Source of the DNA: a virus
Lineage: Duplodnaviria; Caudoviricetes
IMG/VR virus record: IMGVR_UViG_3300037878_000134
Coordinates: 1-64,000 of that record
Strand: one strand, 5' to 3'
Length of the DNA stretch: 64,000 nucleotides
Each line of letters starts with the position of its first letter. Positions within the stretch are counted from its first letter, which is position 1. The notes under the pieces are model-generated. The model was not told where the DNA came from. It searched no databases and worked only from the letters and a program-made list of their open reading frames with translations. Positions 8,900 to 19,400 of this stretch are shown here, in pieces. Position numbers and translations under genes: made by a program.

Positions 8900-11061
8900 G
8901 CGCTTTTCCTGTCAAGCGCCCGGGCTGGTTCCTCCGCTTTTTCATCCGCCTGGAGGACTTCACAAACCCGCTCGACAACGACGCGCAGTCGGAGGATCAC
9001 CCGTACAACCCCGCGGGCAAGACCATCGATCAGCTCAGCGCGGCCGAGACTCGGGCCGCTATCAACCGCGCTGCCAGTGCGGTTCTGCGGACCCACAGTG
9101 ACCAGGTCCAGATCCAAGCCCAGAAAGACATTCTGGCGCTGCGGCGTCACCTGAAGAACGTCAAGACCGAAGCCAAGCCCGTGGCGGGAGACGCTGGGGC
9201 CGGGGACGAGTATTCGATCGAGTTCGCCACGGTCCCGCTCTCGCTGGACATCGAAGACAAGGGCTTCCGGCACGCCGCGGAGCTGACGGCGGAGTTTCCA
9301 TTCATCGACTTGCCGCTGGACCCGCGGGTGATCCGCGAGTGCCGAGTCGAGGCTTGGATCGGGGTGATCCCGGCGGCCGACTTCGCCTCGCCGGACAAGT
9401 GGATGCTGTCGGCGGTGCCGAGCTCGCAGCGCGTGCTGCGGTTCAACGGCTACATCGATCTGGGCGAGACGACCCACAATGAGACCGAGGGCACGCTGCA
9501 CATCAAGGCGCGCTCCTACGAGGCGGTGCTCATCGACGGCAAGATCAACTCGATGGCGTCCGCCTATCGGGTCCAGGGCAAGAGCGAGGCCATCACCGTC
9601 TACGTCAACCGTATTCTCGCGCAGTACCCGCCCACCAGCGGCGGCAAAGGCGGCGACCAGTTCAGAGCGTACTGGTACGGCGATCCGATGAAAGAGCCGT
9701 TGCTCGATCGCAAGACGCTGGTGCGCTCGCTGCAGACCGCCGCGAGCCGCAACGCCGCCGCGGGCTCGACCGGGCAGAGCACTCCCACGCCGCAGCCGGA
9801 CCAGGACAACCCGCAGCCCGACCCCCACGGCGCGGGTGACAGCGCGCCAGGCGGCAGCCCCGCGGTCGTGCCGGGCGCCATGAAAGAGGACGGCATTTCG
9901 ATCTGGGATCTGGTCACGCAGGCGTGCGAGCTGTGCGGGTGCATTCCCATGTACCGGCCCTCGCTGCCCAATCCGTTGGTGGTTTCGAGTCGAGGCCGCA
10001 CGGGCTCAGTCGATCCCGCGAATTGTCTTCTGCTGGTGCCGCCCGAGGCGTTCTTCGACGACATCAGCCACGGGACCACGATCGTGGGCGGCGCGCGCGA
10101 CGGCTTTTCGCGAACGCTGACCGTCCAGGACTCGCAAGAGCCGATCAAGAGCGACGTCCGCTTCATGGTCTGGGGCCACAACGTCAAGAGCATGAAGCTC
10201 TCGCGCAAGTACAATCGGGCGCGCCCCACGGCCGTGGAGATCAGAGCGTACAACCCTGACGCGAGCGACACCCTGCGGGTCATGACGTCGCGGTTCCCGC
10301 CGGTCTACACCAAGGCCAAGGGGCAGAAGGGCAAGCGGCATACTCGCATGACCGAGAAGGGCGGCGGCAAGATCGACGTCGTCCGAACCTTCATCATGCG
10401 TGGCGTGCGAGATCAACTCGCGCTGGATCAGGCGGCCATCTCCACCTACCATCAGCTCTGCCGGCCCGAGCTTTCCATCGAGCTCGATACTGACGAGCTG
10501 TCGAGCTACTACGATCCATTGGCGAGCCAGCAGAACGGCACGCTGGTGTCCTCGGACAACATCGATCCCGACTTGTTCCGGCTGTGCCCGGGCACGCCGG
10601 TGCACGTCGCGGTGGCGCGCAAGCAGGATACCGGGGGGCTGGTCATCAGCAGCCTATCGGCCTTCTACGATCGCAAGGGCCAGAGCACCGAGGCCATGAT
10701 CCGCCAGGCGGCCACACGCTGGGGCAACCAGCCGAGCGACGACAAGCTGGACCAGGCGATCGCCCGCATCAAGAAAGCCTACGAGACCGCCAAGCTGCCG
10801 GAGGTCTTCTACTGCCGGGCCGTGCACCTGCACTTCTCCGCGGAGAGCGACTTCTTCAGCGCCAAGATCGAGCTCGTCAACTACCTCGACGCCATGAACG
10901 CCCCGGAGCAGATCAGCCCCGAGGCGCGCGAGATGAACGAGCGCCGCAAGATCCACAAGACCATGGCTCTGGCCAAGCAGAAGGCCGCCCAAGACGCCAA
11001 GACCGCGGAGCTCAAGCGCGCCGCTTCGCTGGAGTCTCTCGGGAAAGGCAAGGCCGCGTGA
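8896..11061 (+). CDS. baseplate hub protein (gpD/gp27-like)
   Basis: GTG start overlapping the previous stop; synteny before the spike gene. Confidence 0.6.
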   Translation: MSAFPVKRPGWFLRFFIRLEDFTNPLDNDAQSEDHPYNPAGKTIDQLSAAETRAAINRAASAVLRTHSDQVQIQAQKDILALRRHLKNVKTEAKPVAGDAGAGDEYSIEFATVPLSLDIEDKGFRHAAELTAEFPFIDLPLDPRVIRECRVEAWIGVIPAADFASPDKWMLSAVPSSQRVLRFNGYIDLGETTHNETEGTLHIKARSYEAVLIDGKINSMASAYRVQGKSEAITVYVNRILAQYPPTSGGKGGDQFRAYWYGDPMKEPLLDRKTLVRSLQTAASRNAAAGSTGQSTPTPQPDQDNPQPDPHGAGDSAPGGSPAVVPGAMKEDGISIWDLVTQACELCGCIPMYRPSLPNPLVVSSRGRTGSVDPANCLLLVPPEAFFDDISHGTTIVGGARDGFSRTLTVQDSQEPIKSDVRFMVWGHNVKSMKLSRKYNRARPTAVEIRAYNPDASDTLRVMTSRFPPVYTKAKGQKGKRHTRMTEKGGGKIDVVRTFIMRGVRDQLALDQAAISTYHQLCRPELSIELDTDELSSYYDPLASQQNGTLVSSDNIDPDLFRLCPGTPVHVAVARKQDTGGLVISSLSAFYDRKGQSTEAMIRQAATRWGNQPSDDKLDQAIARIKKAYETAKLPEVFYCRAVHLHFSAESDFFSAKIELVNYLDAMNAPEQISPEAREMNERRKIHKTMALAKQKAAQDAKTAELKRAASLESLGKGKAA

Positions 11062-11729
11062 GTCGCCACAACTTCGGGACCGACATTCGGCGCGGGGTCG
11101 ATGCCATGGCCCTGGGCGAGGCGCTCGCGCGGCCGGGCAATGATCTGCGCTATTGGGTGTCCCACGGGACCGTGTGCATGGTCGGCGACGACGGGGCGAT
11201 CGACACCAAGAACCCCAACGCGGTTTGGATCGGGCCCGAAGGCGTGGAGTGCGACGTGCGGCTGGAGCCGCTCTGCATCCACGTGTGCTGCCAGTACGCC
11301 GGGATCTCGGCCGGCGACGTGACCATCTACCCGCCCATCCACCCGGGCGATCGCGTGCTGGTGAACCTGCCCGAGGGCTTCGCCCACCTGCCCATCATCG
11401 TGGCCATCCTGCACTCCCGCTCGCAGAAGCAGCCGCTCGGCCCGGACCGCAAGCCCCTCTTTGACAACACGCGCCTGCTGGTCTACGCCAAGACGGCGGC
11501 CATCGACGTGCGCAACGCGGGCGGCGTCCAGGTCCTGCTCGAGCAGAACGGCACGGTCACGACGACCGCCAAGAACGTGGTGGTCAAGGCCGATACCACC
11601 ATGCTCGGGGATGGGGGCCTGACGGCCCCGCAAGACGGCGTGGTTACCGGAGGGGGGATCGATCCGTGTACGGGCCTGTCCTACTACGTCCTCGGGAACG
11701 CTTCCTCAAGCGTGATGGCGAAGAAATGA
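11058..11729 (+). CDS. baseplate spike protein (gpV-like)
   Basis: OB-fold-like N-terminus (PPIHPGDRVLVNLPEG...PIIVAIL) then beta-repeat region; GTG overlap with previous stop. Confidence 0.7.
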   Translation: MSRHNFGTDIRRGVDAMALGEALARPGNDLRYWVSHGTVCMVGDDGAIDTKNPNAVWIGPEGVECDVRLEPLCIHVCCQYAGISAGDVTIYPPIHPGDRVLVNLPEGFAHLPIIVAILHSRSQKQPLGPDRKPLFDNTRLLVYAKTAAIDVRNAGGVQVLLEQNGTVTTTAKNVVVKADTTMLGDGGLTAPQDGVVTGGGIDPCTGLSYYVLGNASSSVMAKK

Positions 11730-11744
11730 AAGGATGCGCCAACA

Positions 11745-11996
11745 ATGCCACTCGCGGGTAGCGGGGATGTTCTCGGGGAAGCCATCCTGTCCGCCCAGGA
11801 CGCCGCTGCCGCGGCGTTTGTGGCTTCCCACCCCACGCCGCTCTCGGATGCCGATCGGAGGGCCCTGCGCCACGAAATGGCCAAAGCCTTGGGGCGCGCC
11901 GTCATTGCCCACCTGACCACCACCGCCGGCACCGCCGCCGTGACCGTGCCGGGCGCCCAGGCCGGTGTCTCAATCTTGCCGGGGAACCTCATCTAA
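11745..11996 (+). CDS. small baseplate-region protein
   Basis: 83 aa between spike and gp25-like gene. Confidence 0.55.
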   Translation: MPLAGSGDVLGEAILSAQDAAAAAFVASHPTPLSDADRRALRHEMAKALGRAVIAHLTTTAGTAAVTVPGAQAGVSILPGNLI

Positions 11997-12790
11997 TGCC
12001 GCCCCTCGTGCTCTTTCAGATGGTCCGGGCGCTTTCGGTAGGGGGCCAGGTGGTGCGCGTGGTGTTCAACGCGGAGCCCAAGCACAAGAGCCCCGCGGCC
12101 TCTGACGATGCCCTGAACGGCTCGAACTACCAGGTGAGCGTTATCGCCGGCCAAGGCCAGCCCCCGCAGTCGGTCGGGGTGCACCCGGATGTCATCCCGT
12201 ACCCGGCCTTCGGCGTGTGGAGCAACCTAGAAGTCGCGGTGGATCTGCAGACCGATCGCCCTTTGGTCGTCGGGCTGCGCTACCGCGTGCTGGTGTCGTC
12301 CGCAATGGTCGCCCAGGACGGGCGCCAGCTCGCGCCGCCCTATACCTGGGAATTCGACGGGGAGGCTCGGCCCATCGTCACCCTGCAGCAGCGGGGCAAG
12401 ATGGGCCTCGTGGATCTGGCGAGCGATCCCGTCGGCGGCGGCATCATGGTCGACAGCTCGGGTGACTGGACCGCCGACAACGGCGACACGGTGGGCACCC
12501 GCAAGCGGTGCTTCCGGCGCGTGCTCACCCGCAAGGGCGGCTTCGCGCACCTGCAGAGCTACGGCCTCGACTACGACGTCAAGCAGCCCGCCACGACCAA
12601 CAGGCTCGCCGGTCTGCGCAGCGATATTCAGGCGGGCCTGCAGCAGGAGCCAGACGTGGACTCCGTCGCCACCCAGGTGAGCATGGATAGCCGGGGCTTT
12701 CTCACCCTCGGCATGCGGGTCAAGACCAAGCAGGGAATCAACGTCCCCGCGGTTCTGTCCGTTTCCGAGAATGGAGTCACTGTCCGATGA
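11996..12790 (+). CDS. baseplate wedge protein (gpW/gp25-like C-terminal domain)
   Basis: C-terminal RRVLTRKGGFAHLQSYG...IQAGLQQEPDV resembles gp25. Confidence 0.65.
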   Translation: MPPLVLFQMVRALSVGGQVVRVVFNAEPKHKSPAASDDALNGSNYQVSVIAGQGQPPQSVGVHPDVIPYPAFGVWSNLEVAVDLQTDRPLVVGLRYRVLVSSAMVAQDGRQLAPPYTWEFDGEARPIVTLQQRGKMGLVDLASDPVGGGIMVDSSGDWTADNGDTVGTRKRCFRRVLTRKGGFAHLQSYGLDYDVKQPATTNRLAGLRSDIQAGLQQEPDVDSVATQVSMDSRGFLTLGMRVKTKQGINVPAVLSVSENGVTVR

Positions 12791-13893
12791 ACCAATTCGC
12801 GACCAGAGCTGACCTGTTTCAGGTGAGTCGAGCAGCCATCGCGGCCACCCCGAACATCAAGATAAACCCCTCGGTGATCGATGTTCCCGGATCCGACTTG
12901 AACCTGGTTGTGGGCGTGCCCTCGGTCATGGGCGAGGAAGTCTCGGCCCGGGCCGCCATGGCACTGCGGGGAGCGTTCGCCGAGCTGGCGCGCGGCTCCG
13001 CGCTCGATCGGGTGCTGTTTGATCGCTACGGCCTGCTGCGCTTCTCCGCCCAGCCGGCGACGGTTGACCTCGTGTTGTCGCGCCCAGGACCAGGGCTGCT
13101 GACCGGCACCATCGACGCCGGATCGGTTATCCAGACTCCCGATGGCGTCCAGTTTGCTCTCGACAACGAGCTCACGTGGGGCTCTGGCGAGCTGGGCATC
13201 ACGACGCCCGGGACCGCGCTCGTCAATGGCTCGGGCGGCAACGTGGTTGCGGGGACCGTTACCTCGTGGGCCACCGCGCCCTTTGACCCGTCGATTGTAG
13301 TCACCAATCCCTTGCCGGCCTCGGGCGGCATTGATGCCGAAGACGACGTGCAGTTTCTCGGGCGGGCTCGCGGCTTCTTCCCCACCGTCGCACGTGGAAC
13401 ACTGCGAGCCATCGAGTTTGGCGCGAAGCAAGTCCCCGGTGTCGCAGTAGCCACCGCGACCGAGATCGTGAACCCGTCGAATGGCTATCCGGCGGCGTTC
13501 GTGCAGCTCGTGGTCGGTGATCAGCAAGGCAATGCCTCCTCAGCGCTCCTCACCAAGGTCGCCAACGCACTGCTGGCGTATCGGGCCGCCGGGATCTACG
13601 TCCAGGTCATTGGCGGTATCGTGCTTGCACAGGCGGTCCACTGGTTGCTGACCTTCGTGGCCGACACGGACGAGGCGCTGGCCATATCGCGCATTCAGGC
13701 GGTAACCGTGGCGGTCGCCCAGTTCCTGGCCCCTGGCGCGCCCCTGCTGCGCGCCTCGCTCATCAGCGCCGCGGCCAGTGTGCCCGGCGTCATAGTGAGC
13801 GATCGCTCGCTGGCCTACCCGGCGGGCGACGTGGTCCCGAGCAGCGGAAATCAGATGATCCGCGTAGCCATGGGGGATGTGACTTTCGCGTGA
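12787..13893 (+). CDS. baseplate J-like protein
   Basis: 368 aa; ATVDLVLSR...GGIDAEDDVQFLGRA...GTLRAIE motifs of gpJ. Confidence 0.85.
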   Translation: MNQFATRADLFQVSRAAIAATPNIKINPSVIDVPGSDLNLVVGVPSVMGEEVSARAAMALRGAFAELARGSALDRVLFDRYGLLRFSAQPATVDLVLSRPGPGLLTGTIDAGSVIQTPDGVQFALDNELTWGSGELGITTPGTALVNGSGGNVVAGTVTSWATAPFDPSIVVTNPLPASGGIDAEDDVQFLGRARGFFPTVARGTLRAIEFGAKQVPGVAVATATEIVNPSNGYPAAFVQLVVGDQQGNASSALLTKVANALLAYRAAGIYVQVIGGIVLAQAVHWLLTFVADTDEALAISRIQAVTVAVAQFLAPGAPLLRASLISAAASVPGVIVSDRSLAYPAGDVVPSSGNQMIRVAMGDVTFA

Positions 13894-15569
13894 CCACCCA
13901 GCCCCTCTCCCAAGCGGATCTGCTCGCGTTGCTGAGGCGCATCTGCGACCCGGGGTGGCTATCAGGCATGCTCGCCCAGCCCGACGGCCAGGCCATCATC
14001 AACGCCTGGCTCGCCGCGTTCGAAGCGACCAGCGTGGCAGTCTGTAGGCAGGTCGACGCCTCGATGATCTCGACGGCGCCCACCGGGTCACCGGGAGTTT
14101 GCACCCTGGTGCTCTCCCGGGCCGATACGACCGTCGACGACTACATCCTCCAGGGCTACACCTTCGTGACGAACCTGGGCGTGCAATTGGTGGTCGCGAC
14201 CCAGGTGCACGTCCTGGCCGGTCAGGCGACGGTGGCGTTGCCGCTCCTCACTCTTCGGCAGACGGACATCGTCAACACGGTCGAGCCGGCCTTCGATGAC
14301 GTGCTGAATCCCGGCGATTACCTGGAGCCCATTCTCGGCAGCGCCGACCCGTCGTGCGTGTTCTTCGACGCTCCCCACAACGCGGGCACGCTGACCTACG
14401 TTTCCTCGACCCCCATCACCGGCGCCACGGATGACTGGCTGTCGGCCCATGGCGAGGAGCGCGGCTGCAAGCGCCAGGAAGGCGAAGACGGGGAAGCCTA
14501 CCGCGCGCGGGTGCGGCTCCTGCCCGATGCGGTCAGCCCGCGGGCCGTTGCCAGAGCCCTGGACGGCGCTTGCCAACTGCTGCCAGAAAGATGGCTGGTG
14601 GAGCCGTTCGGGGACGGCGCCGATCCCCTTGTGCGGCTGGCCTTGCAGCTCGGCCGGTTCGACGTTCCGGCGTGCGACATGTGCGGCGAGACCATCACGC
14701 TCAGCGCGGCGCCCGCCACCGATTGGGCACCCGGAGACGTCATCACGGGCCAGACCAGTGGCGCTAGCGCTGTCGTGGTGGCAGAGGCCTCGATCCTGCT
14801 CTACTACATCAAGCAGCGCAGCGGGGCCTTCGCGCTCGGCGAGACGGTTGGCGTGACCGGCGTGCCCGCCAAGCTGGCAACTCAGAACGGCTCCCACCCC
14901 ATCGTCTCCCAGATCCCTTCCGGTTTCTGCGACGACTGGCTGGGCGATCCCGTACCCGACAAGCAGCCCATCGCGACCTGCGAGATGGAGGGCCTCCGGG
15001 AAAGCCGCGCCTACGTGCGGGTCGACTTGTTTGGCGATCTGCAAGATCCCGATGGCTCCGTGCTGTACTGCGATGATGGCGGGTACTGCGATGACGAGCT
15101 CTGGGGGTATCCCGACATCGAGGTCCATCCGGCGATCGGCGCGGCCAGCAAGGCGCTGCTCGATGAGCTTCGGGGCAAGCTCGCGGCCGGCGTGCAGTGG
15201 GACATCTATCTCGAGAACGGAACTCAGCTTGCCGCCTACGACTTCATCGCCGGCCCCACGGGGCCACTCGGGGTTCCCGTGTGGAGCTTGGCGGCGCCGC
15301 CCGGCAAGGCCTGGTACATCAAAGAGGGCCTGCTGACTGTTGTGAGCCTCGATCCGACCGAGGCCATGCAGGTGATCCTGACCTTGGCCGATGCCAGTCA
15401 GATCATCAGCCCCTGGACAAGTGGCGCCTTTCCCCTTCGGACCTTTGAGCTTGCCAAGCTCGGCTACTGCGGACAACCCGTCGTCCAGATCGACGCCTGG
15501 GCAAGGTTGTCCGGTCCGCTCGCCCTGAACTTACAGGGTAATTTCGACGCAATTCAGGCTACCCTCTGA
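13890..15569 (+). CDS. baseplate wedge protein (gpI-like, extended); contains the protospacer of CRISPR spacer 5
   Basis: Follows gpJ; HGEERGCKRQEGEDGEAYRARVR motif; 15320-15353 is identical to 54126-54159. Confidence 0.65.
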   Translation: MTTQPLSQADLLALLRRICDPGWLSGMLAQPDGQAIINAWLAAFEATSVAVCRQVDASMISTAPTGSPGVCTLVLSRADTTVDDYILQGYTFVTNLGVQLVVATQVHVLAGQATVALPLLTLRQTDIVNTVEPAFDDVLNPGDYLEPILGSADPSCVFFDAPHNAGTLTYVSSTPITGATDDWLSAHGEERGCKRQEGEDGEAYRARVRLLPDAVSPRAVARALDGACQLLPERWLVEPFGDGADPLVRLALQLGRFDVPACDMCGETITLSAAPATDWAPGDVITGQTSGASAVVVAEASILLYYIKQRSGAFALGETVGVTGVPAKLATQNGSHPIVSQIPSGFCDDWLGDPVPDKQPIATCEMEGLRESRAYVRVDLFGDLQDPDGSVLYCDDGGYCDDELWGYPDIEVHPAIGAASKALLDELRGKLAAGVQWDIYLENGTQLAAYDFIAGPTGPLGVPVWSLAAPPGKAWYIKEGLLTVVSLDPTEAMQVILTLADASQIISPWTSGAFPLRTFELAKLGYCGQPVVQIDAWARLSGPLALNLQGNFDAIQATL

Positions 15570-15579
15570 GGAGAACACC

Positions 15580-17148
15580 ATGGCCGGTTCCAAGACTCAC
15601 CTGATTGAAAATGCTCGCGAGATGTTGCTTTCCACCGACATCACGCGCATCGGAAAGTTGGCCGCGCGCGAGCAGCAGAGCGCCGACCGCGCCAAGGCGC
15701 TGCGCGCCGACTTCTACCTGCCGGGCAGCTTCGACGACTTCAGCGCTTCGGGGCGACTCGCGAACTTCCAAGCCATTCCGGGCGCGCTTTCCGCTCCCTC
15801 CCTGGAAGGACAAACGGGGACGTTCGATATGGTGCTGGGCCCTGGCGAAACCGAGTGCGACACCACCGATCTCGCGGATCCCGACGTCTCGCCCCATCAG
15901 GTGGCCCGCTGGGATCAGCAGACGATCTCGTGGCCGCTCGACGCCTACCCGGATGGGGCCGCGCCCAAAATCGCCACCATCTGCGTGGAGCCGACCGATG
16001 CGCAGACGGACGCGGTCAGTCGCAACATCTTGCTCGACCCGGCAAGCCGCAGCTTCGCTCCGCAGACGGTCTACAAGACCAGCAATCCCTCGGGCACCAT
16101 CTTCGTCGTCGCGGGCGCGGCTGCCGCGGTCCCCTTGCCTCCCGCGCTGCCCTCCAATTGCGTGGCGCTGTTCGACGTCTTCATGTTTCCCGGCACGACC
16201 CAGTCTTCCGACTTCCAGATCACCCGCCGCGGCTGGCGGCGCATCGAGTTCCCCGGCTCTTCCCAGCACGGCATTGTCAAGGGCTGCACTCCCGAGTGGG
16301 ACACGACCGACGAGACGAGCGGCTCACCCGCCTACATTCCGCTCGGCTACGTGCCCCATCGCCTCGTGATCGATGGAGAGCTGCTGACCTTCGGCTCACC
16401 CGCGGCGGGCGGGTTCGTCGTGGCGACGCCCGATACCAACAACCCCCCGGGCAGTGCGCCTCCCACCAATGACTTGCCCACCTACCTCTATCTTTGCGGC
16501 GGACGCTGGTTCCCCTGGTGTGGAGGTATCGCGGGCTCCGTGCCCTATCCCTACAACGCCGCGCCGGTCGTGTTGGTCGAAAGCCTGACACCGCCGGATC
16601 GCATGGGATACCCGACCGCCGCAATGGCCGTCGCGGGCGCTACCATCCCGAGAAACGGCGCTCTCTTCGTCGGCAATGGCTTCCTGGTGATCAACAGCAG
16701 CGTCCACAAGTGCTGCAGGATCGACGGGGATTGGATACACGCTCTCACCATGAACAGCGCGCTTGTGCCGTCGGTCCTACCGAACGCTTGTTTCAACGAG
16801 AGCCTGACGACTCTGCTCACAGGACCTGGCCAAGACGTTGCGGTCACCACAATGCCGGCGAACGCCACTATGGCAGATTTCGAGCTGCTCGGCTTCTTTT
16901 CGCCCTACGGCGGCGGCGCTGAGATCAGGGTCTTCCAAGAAGCACTGTCGGCGTCGCCCGATCTCCAAGTCGCCCGGGCTATCGAGGTGGTGAACTCTGC
17001 AGGGGGCGGTCAGGCATTGATGTCTTGGCGGGGCGCGATTCCGGCGGGCGGGCTGTTCTTCGTGATCAATGACTCATTCGCCCTCAGCGCGTCGATCATG
17101 CTCTACGCGCGCGCCTACAACATGAATCTGCCCCGCCTCGCTCGCTAG
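15580..17148 (+). CDS. tail fibre/baseplate-attached protein
   Basis: 522 aa after the wedge genes; RBS GAGGAG. Confidence 0.55.
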   Translation: MAGSKTHLIENAREMLLSTDITRIGKLAAREQQSADRAKALRADFYLPGSFDDFSASGRLANFQAIPGALSAPSLEGQTGTFDMVLGPGETECDTTDLADPDVSPHQVARWDQQTISWPLDAYPDGAAPKIATICVEPTDAQTDAVSRNILLDPASRSFAPQTVYKTSNPSGTIFVVAGAAAAVPLPPALPSNCVALFDVFMFPGTTQSSDFQITRRGWRRIEFPGSSQHGIVKGCTPEWDTTDETSGSPAYIPLGYVPHRLVIDGELLTFGSPAAGGFVVATPDTNNPPGSAPPTNDLPTYLYLCGGRWFPWCGGIAGSVPYPYNAAPVVLVESLTPPDRMGYPTAAMAVAGATIPRNGALFVGNGFLVINSSVHKCCRIDGDWIHALTMNSALVPSVLPNACFNESLTTLLTGPGQDVAVTTMPANATMADFELLGFFSPYGGGAEIRVFQEALSASPDLQVARAIEVVNSAGGGQALMSWRGAIPAGGLFFVINDSFALSASIMLYARAYNMNLPRLAR

Positions 17149-17156
17149 GAGTCGCC

Positions 17157-19388
17157 ATGGCGTTCTCATCCGTCACGGTCCTCTTCAGCAAAAACGCCGA
17201 CCCCCCGCAGTCGGGCTGGCGACAAGATCTCGTGCCCGGCAACACGGTCACCTGCTCGCTCTCGAGCACAATCGGCATCACCAGCTACCGCTGGCGGGTC
17301 ATCGGGCGCCCCGAGGGCTCGGCGGCCGGCGGGGCCGGAGCCGAGCCCCGCCCGCTCGGCTCTGGCGCGGCGGTATCCTTTACGGCCGACATCAATGGGA
17401 CCTACATCATCGAGTGCCTCATCAATGGCGGGGCACCGGACGCCACCATCGTGACTGGCGGCTGCGCCATCTTGGAGTCCATCGTCGATCCGCTCGGCCG
17501 TCCTTTGCGGCTCATCGGGCCCGGCGAAACCGACGAAGACATCTCGGATGTGGGCGTCGCCGAAGGTTCGACCAAGATGCTGAACCGCTGGCTGCGCAAG
17601 CTGGCGGCTGGTGGTGGTGGCGGTGGCGGCACCCTCGCGGTCGACTACAACCTGGGCACGTCAGCTGCGGATCAGACGCTCACGATTGCCGACAGCAAGG
17701 GCGGTCCGATCATCCTCGACGCTCAGGGAGTCGGCGGCAGCTTCACCGGCCTCTACGCGCTGCGGACCATCGTGCCCGCCGGCATGATGAGCAGTATGGG
17801 CGTGGGGTTTACTTGGAGCGGCGGTTTGGAGTTGGGACCGGACAACATTCTCATCGGGAACCCCGGTTACCCCCCGACAGCGACAGACGCGACCTGGGGG
17901 GTTTGCGTTGGCGGATGGTCCGCCATAGGCAAAGCCGGAGGGTGCAACGCTGCGACCGCAGTCGGCTCCTTTACCCAGGCTTTGGATGCAAACGCCAGTA
18001 CCTTCGGCGCGTTCTCGTTGGCGGCGGGTCTGCTCTCTTCTGCGCTGGGGGCTTACTCGTCGGCTAACGATGAGCGCAGCATAGCGGTGGGGCCGTTGTC
18101 CTCGGCCTCCGGCTTGGCTTCCATTGCGATGGGAGATCATGCCTATACCGACTTTTTCGAGAGCGTTGCCATTGGTCAATGGGCCGCAGCCATCAGCCCC
18201 GAGACCATAGCCATTGGCCCCGCCACTCTCGCGGGCGCGCCTGTCGGCGGCGATAGCGCAGTCGCGATCAATGCCATTGCACGAAGCACACAGTCACTTG
18301 CGATCAGCGGTCTGGTTGGGACTGACGCGGCTTTCGCAACCGCCGTGGGCAACACATCTGTCGTTCGCGATGGCGCCGCTTACGCGCTGGCCCTCGGCTA
18401 CAACGCCCTCGTTGATATTGATGCCAGTCAGGGGATCGCAATTCTCGGAACGGTCACCGCCGTGGACGGGATTTCGGTGGGCCTCTGGTCGCAAGTGGAC
18501 AGCGTTGGCGCAATAGCCATCGGGCCCGGTGCCTATGCCGGAGCTCTCATCGGTGGCGAGAACGCTGTCGCCATCAACGGCGACGCGGAGGGTACGGCAG
18601 CCGTGGCCATTGGCGGAACTGTGTTGGTCGACAATTCGATCGCCATTGCCGCCTCGACGTCTCCCGAGGGGGCGTCTTGTCTAGGCATCCGGAGCGTTGG
18701 CTTGGGGTCGGACTTTCGCCCCAACAACAACTACGACGTGACCATCGGGTACCATCTTGCCACCCCCAACAACCGGGCCAGCTTTTCAGACCCCATCGGG
18801 GACGGCTACAACGTCTACGTGGGGCACAACATCGCGGGCCCCGCGGGCTATGGATACTCAGACGTCAGCCAGGTCGCGATCGGCGCCGACATCGGAATCG
18901 ACAGCAGCCACACCACCGCGATCGGCTCCGGCTCGCTCATTAGTGATCTTTCCGACTGGGCGATCGCCCTCAGCGGCTACGTGGGCGAAAGCGCGCCCAA
19001 CGCCTTTGCCGTGCTGGGGACAGTAGCCGCATCGGCGGATTCGTCACTGGCCATCGGCAACATGTCCGAAGCCGATTCGCCCTTCTGCATTGCCTTGGGG
19101 GCTTTCGCGGTTGCGGCGCCCGAGGGCACCGGATGGATGGTGGTCGGCGATAGCGGCACCCACGGAACCGCGGGCGCCGCCGCGATTCACCAATTCATCG
19201 TCCGAGGCTATAACGGCGGCGCTATCGACACCTTGAAGGTCTCGGACGCGCCATCAAATGACTACCAGACAGGTCTGACCATCCCGTACCGGTTCTCGGG
19301 CGGGGCTGTCGCCGCCGAAGACGTCTACGCCAAAGACGGCCCGCCCGAAGGCGCGCTCATTCTCTACATACCAGGACCCCCCTCCTAG
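17157..19388 (+). CDS. tail fibre with YadA-head-like (Hep/Hag) repeats
   Basis: 743 aa; repeated SIAVG/SIAMG/SVAIG/AVAIG beta-roll motifs; Gly linker. Confidence 0.7.
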   Translation: MAFSSVTVLFSKNADPPQSGWRQDLVPGNTVTCSLSSTIGITSYRWRVIGRPEGSAAGGAGAEPRPLGSGAAVSFTADINGTYIIECLINGGAPDATIVTGGCAILESIVDPLGRPLRLIGPGETDEDISDVGVAEGSTKMLNRWLRKLAAGGGGGGGTLAVDYNLGTSAADQTLTIADSKGGPIILDAQGVGGSFTGLYALRTIVPAGMMSSMGVGFTWSGGLELGPDNILIGNPGYPPTATDATWGVCVGGWSAIGKAGGCNAATAVGSFTQALDANASTFGAFSLAAGLLSSALGAYSSANDERSIAVGPLSSASGLASIAMGDHAYTDFFESVAIGQWAAAISPETIAIGPATLAGAPVGGDSAVAINAIARSTQSLAISGLVGTDAAFATAVGNTSVVRDGAAYALALGYNALVDIDASQGIAILGTVTAVDGISVGLWSQVDSVGAIAIGPGAYAGALIGGENAVAINGDAEGTAAVAIGGTVLVDNSIAIAASTSPEGASCLGIRSVGLGSDFRPNNNYDVTIGYHLATPNNRASFSDPIGDGYNVYVGHNIAGPAGYGYSDVSQVAIGADIGIDSSHTTAIGSGSLISDLSDWAIALSGYVGESAPNAFAVLGTVAASADSSLAIGNMSEADSPFCIALGAFAVAAPEGTGWMVVGDSGTHGTAGAAAIHQFIVRGYNGGAIDTLKVSDAPSNDYQTGLTIPYRFSGGAVAAEDVYAKDGPPEGALILYIPGPPS

Positions 19389-19400
19389 GAAAGACATTCC

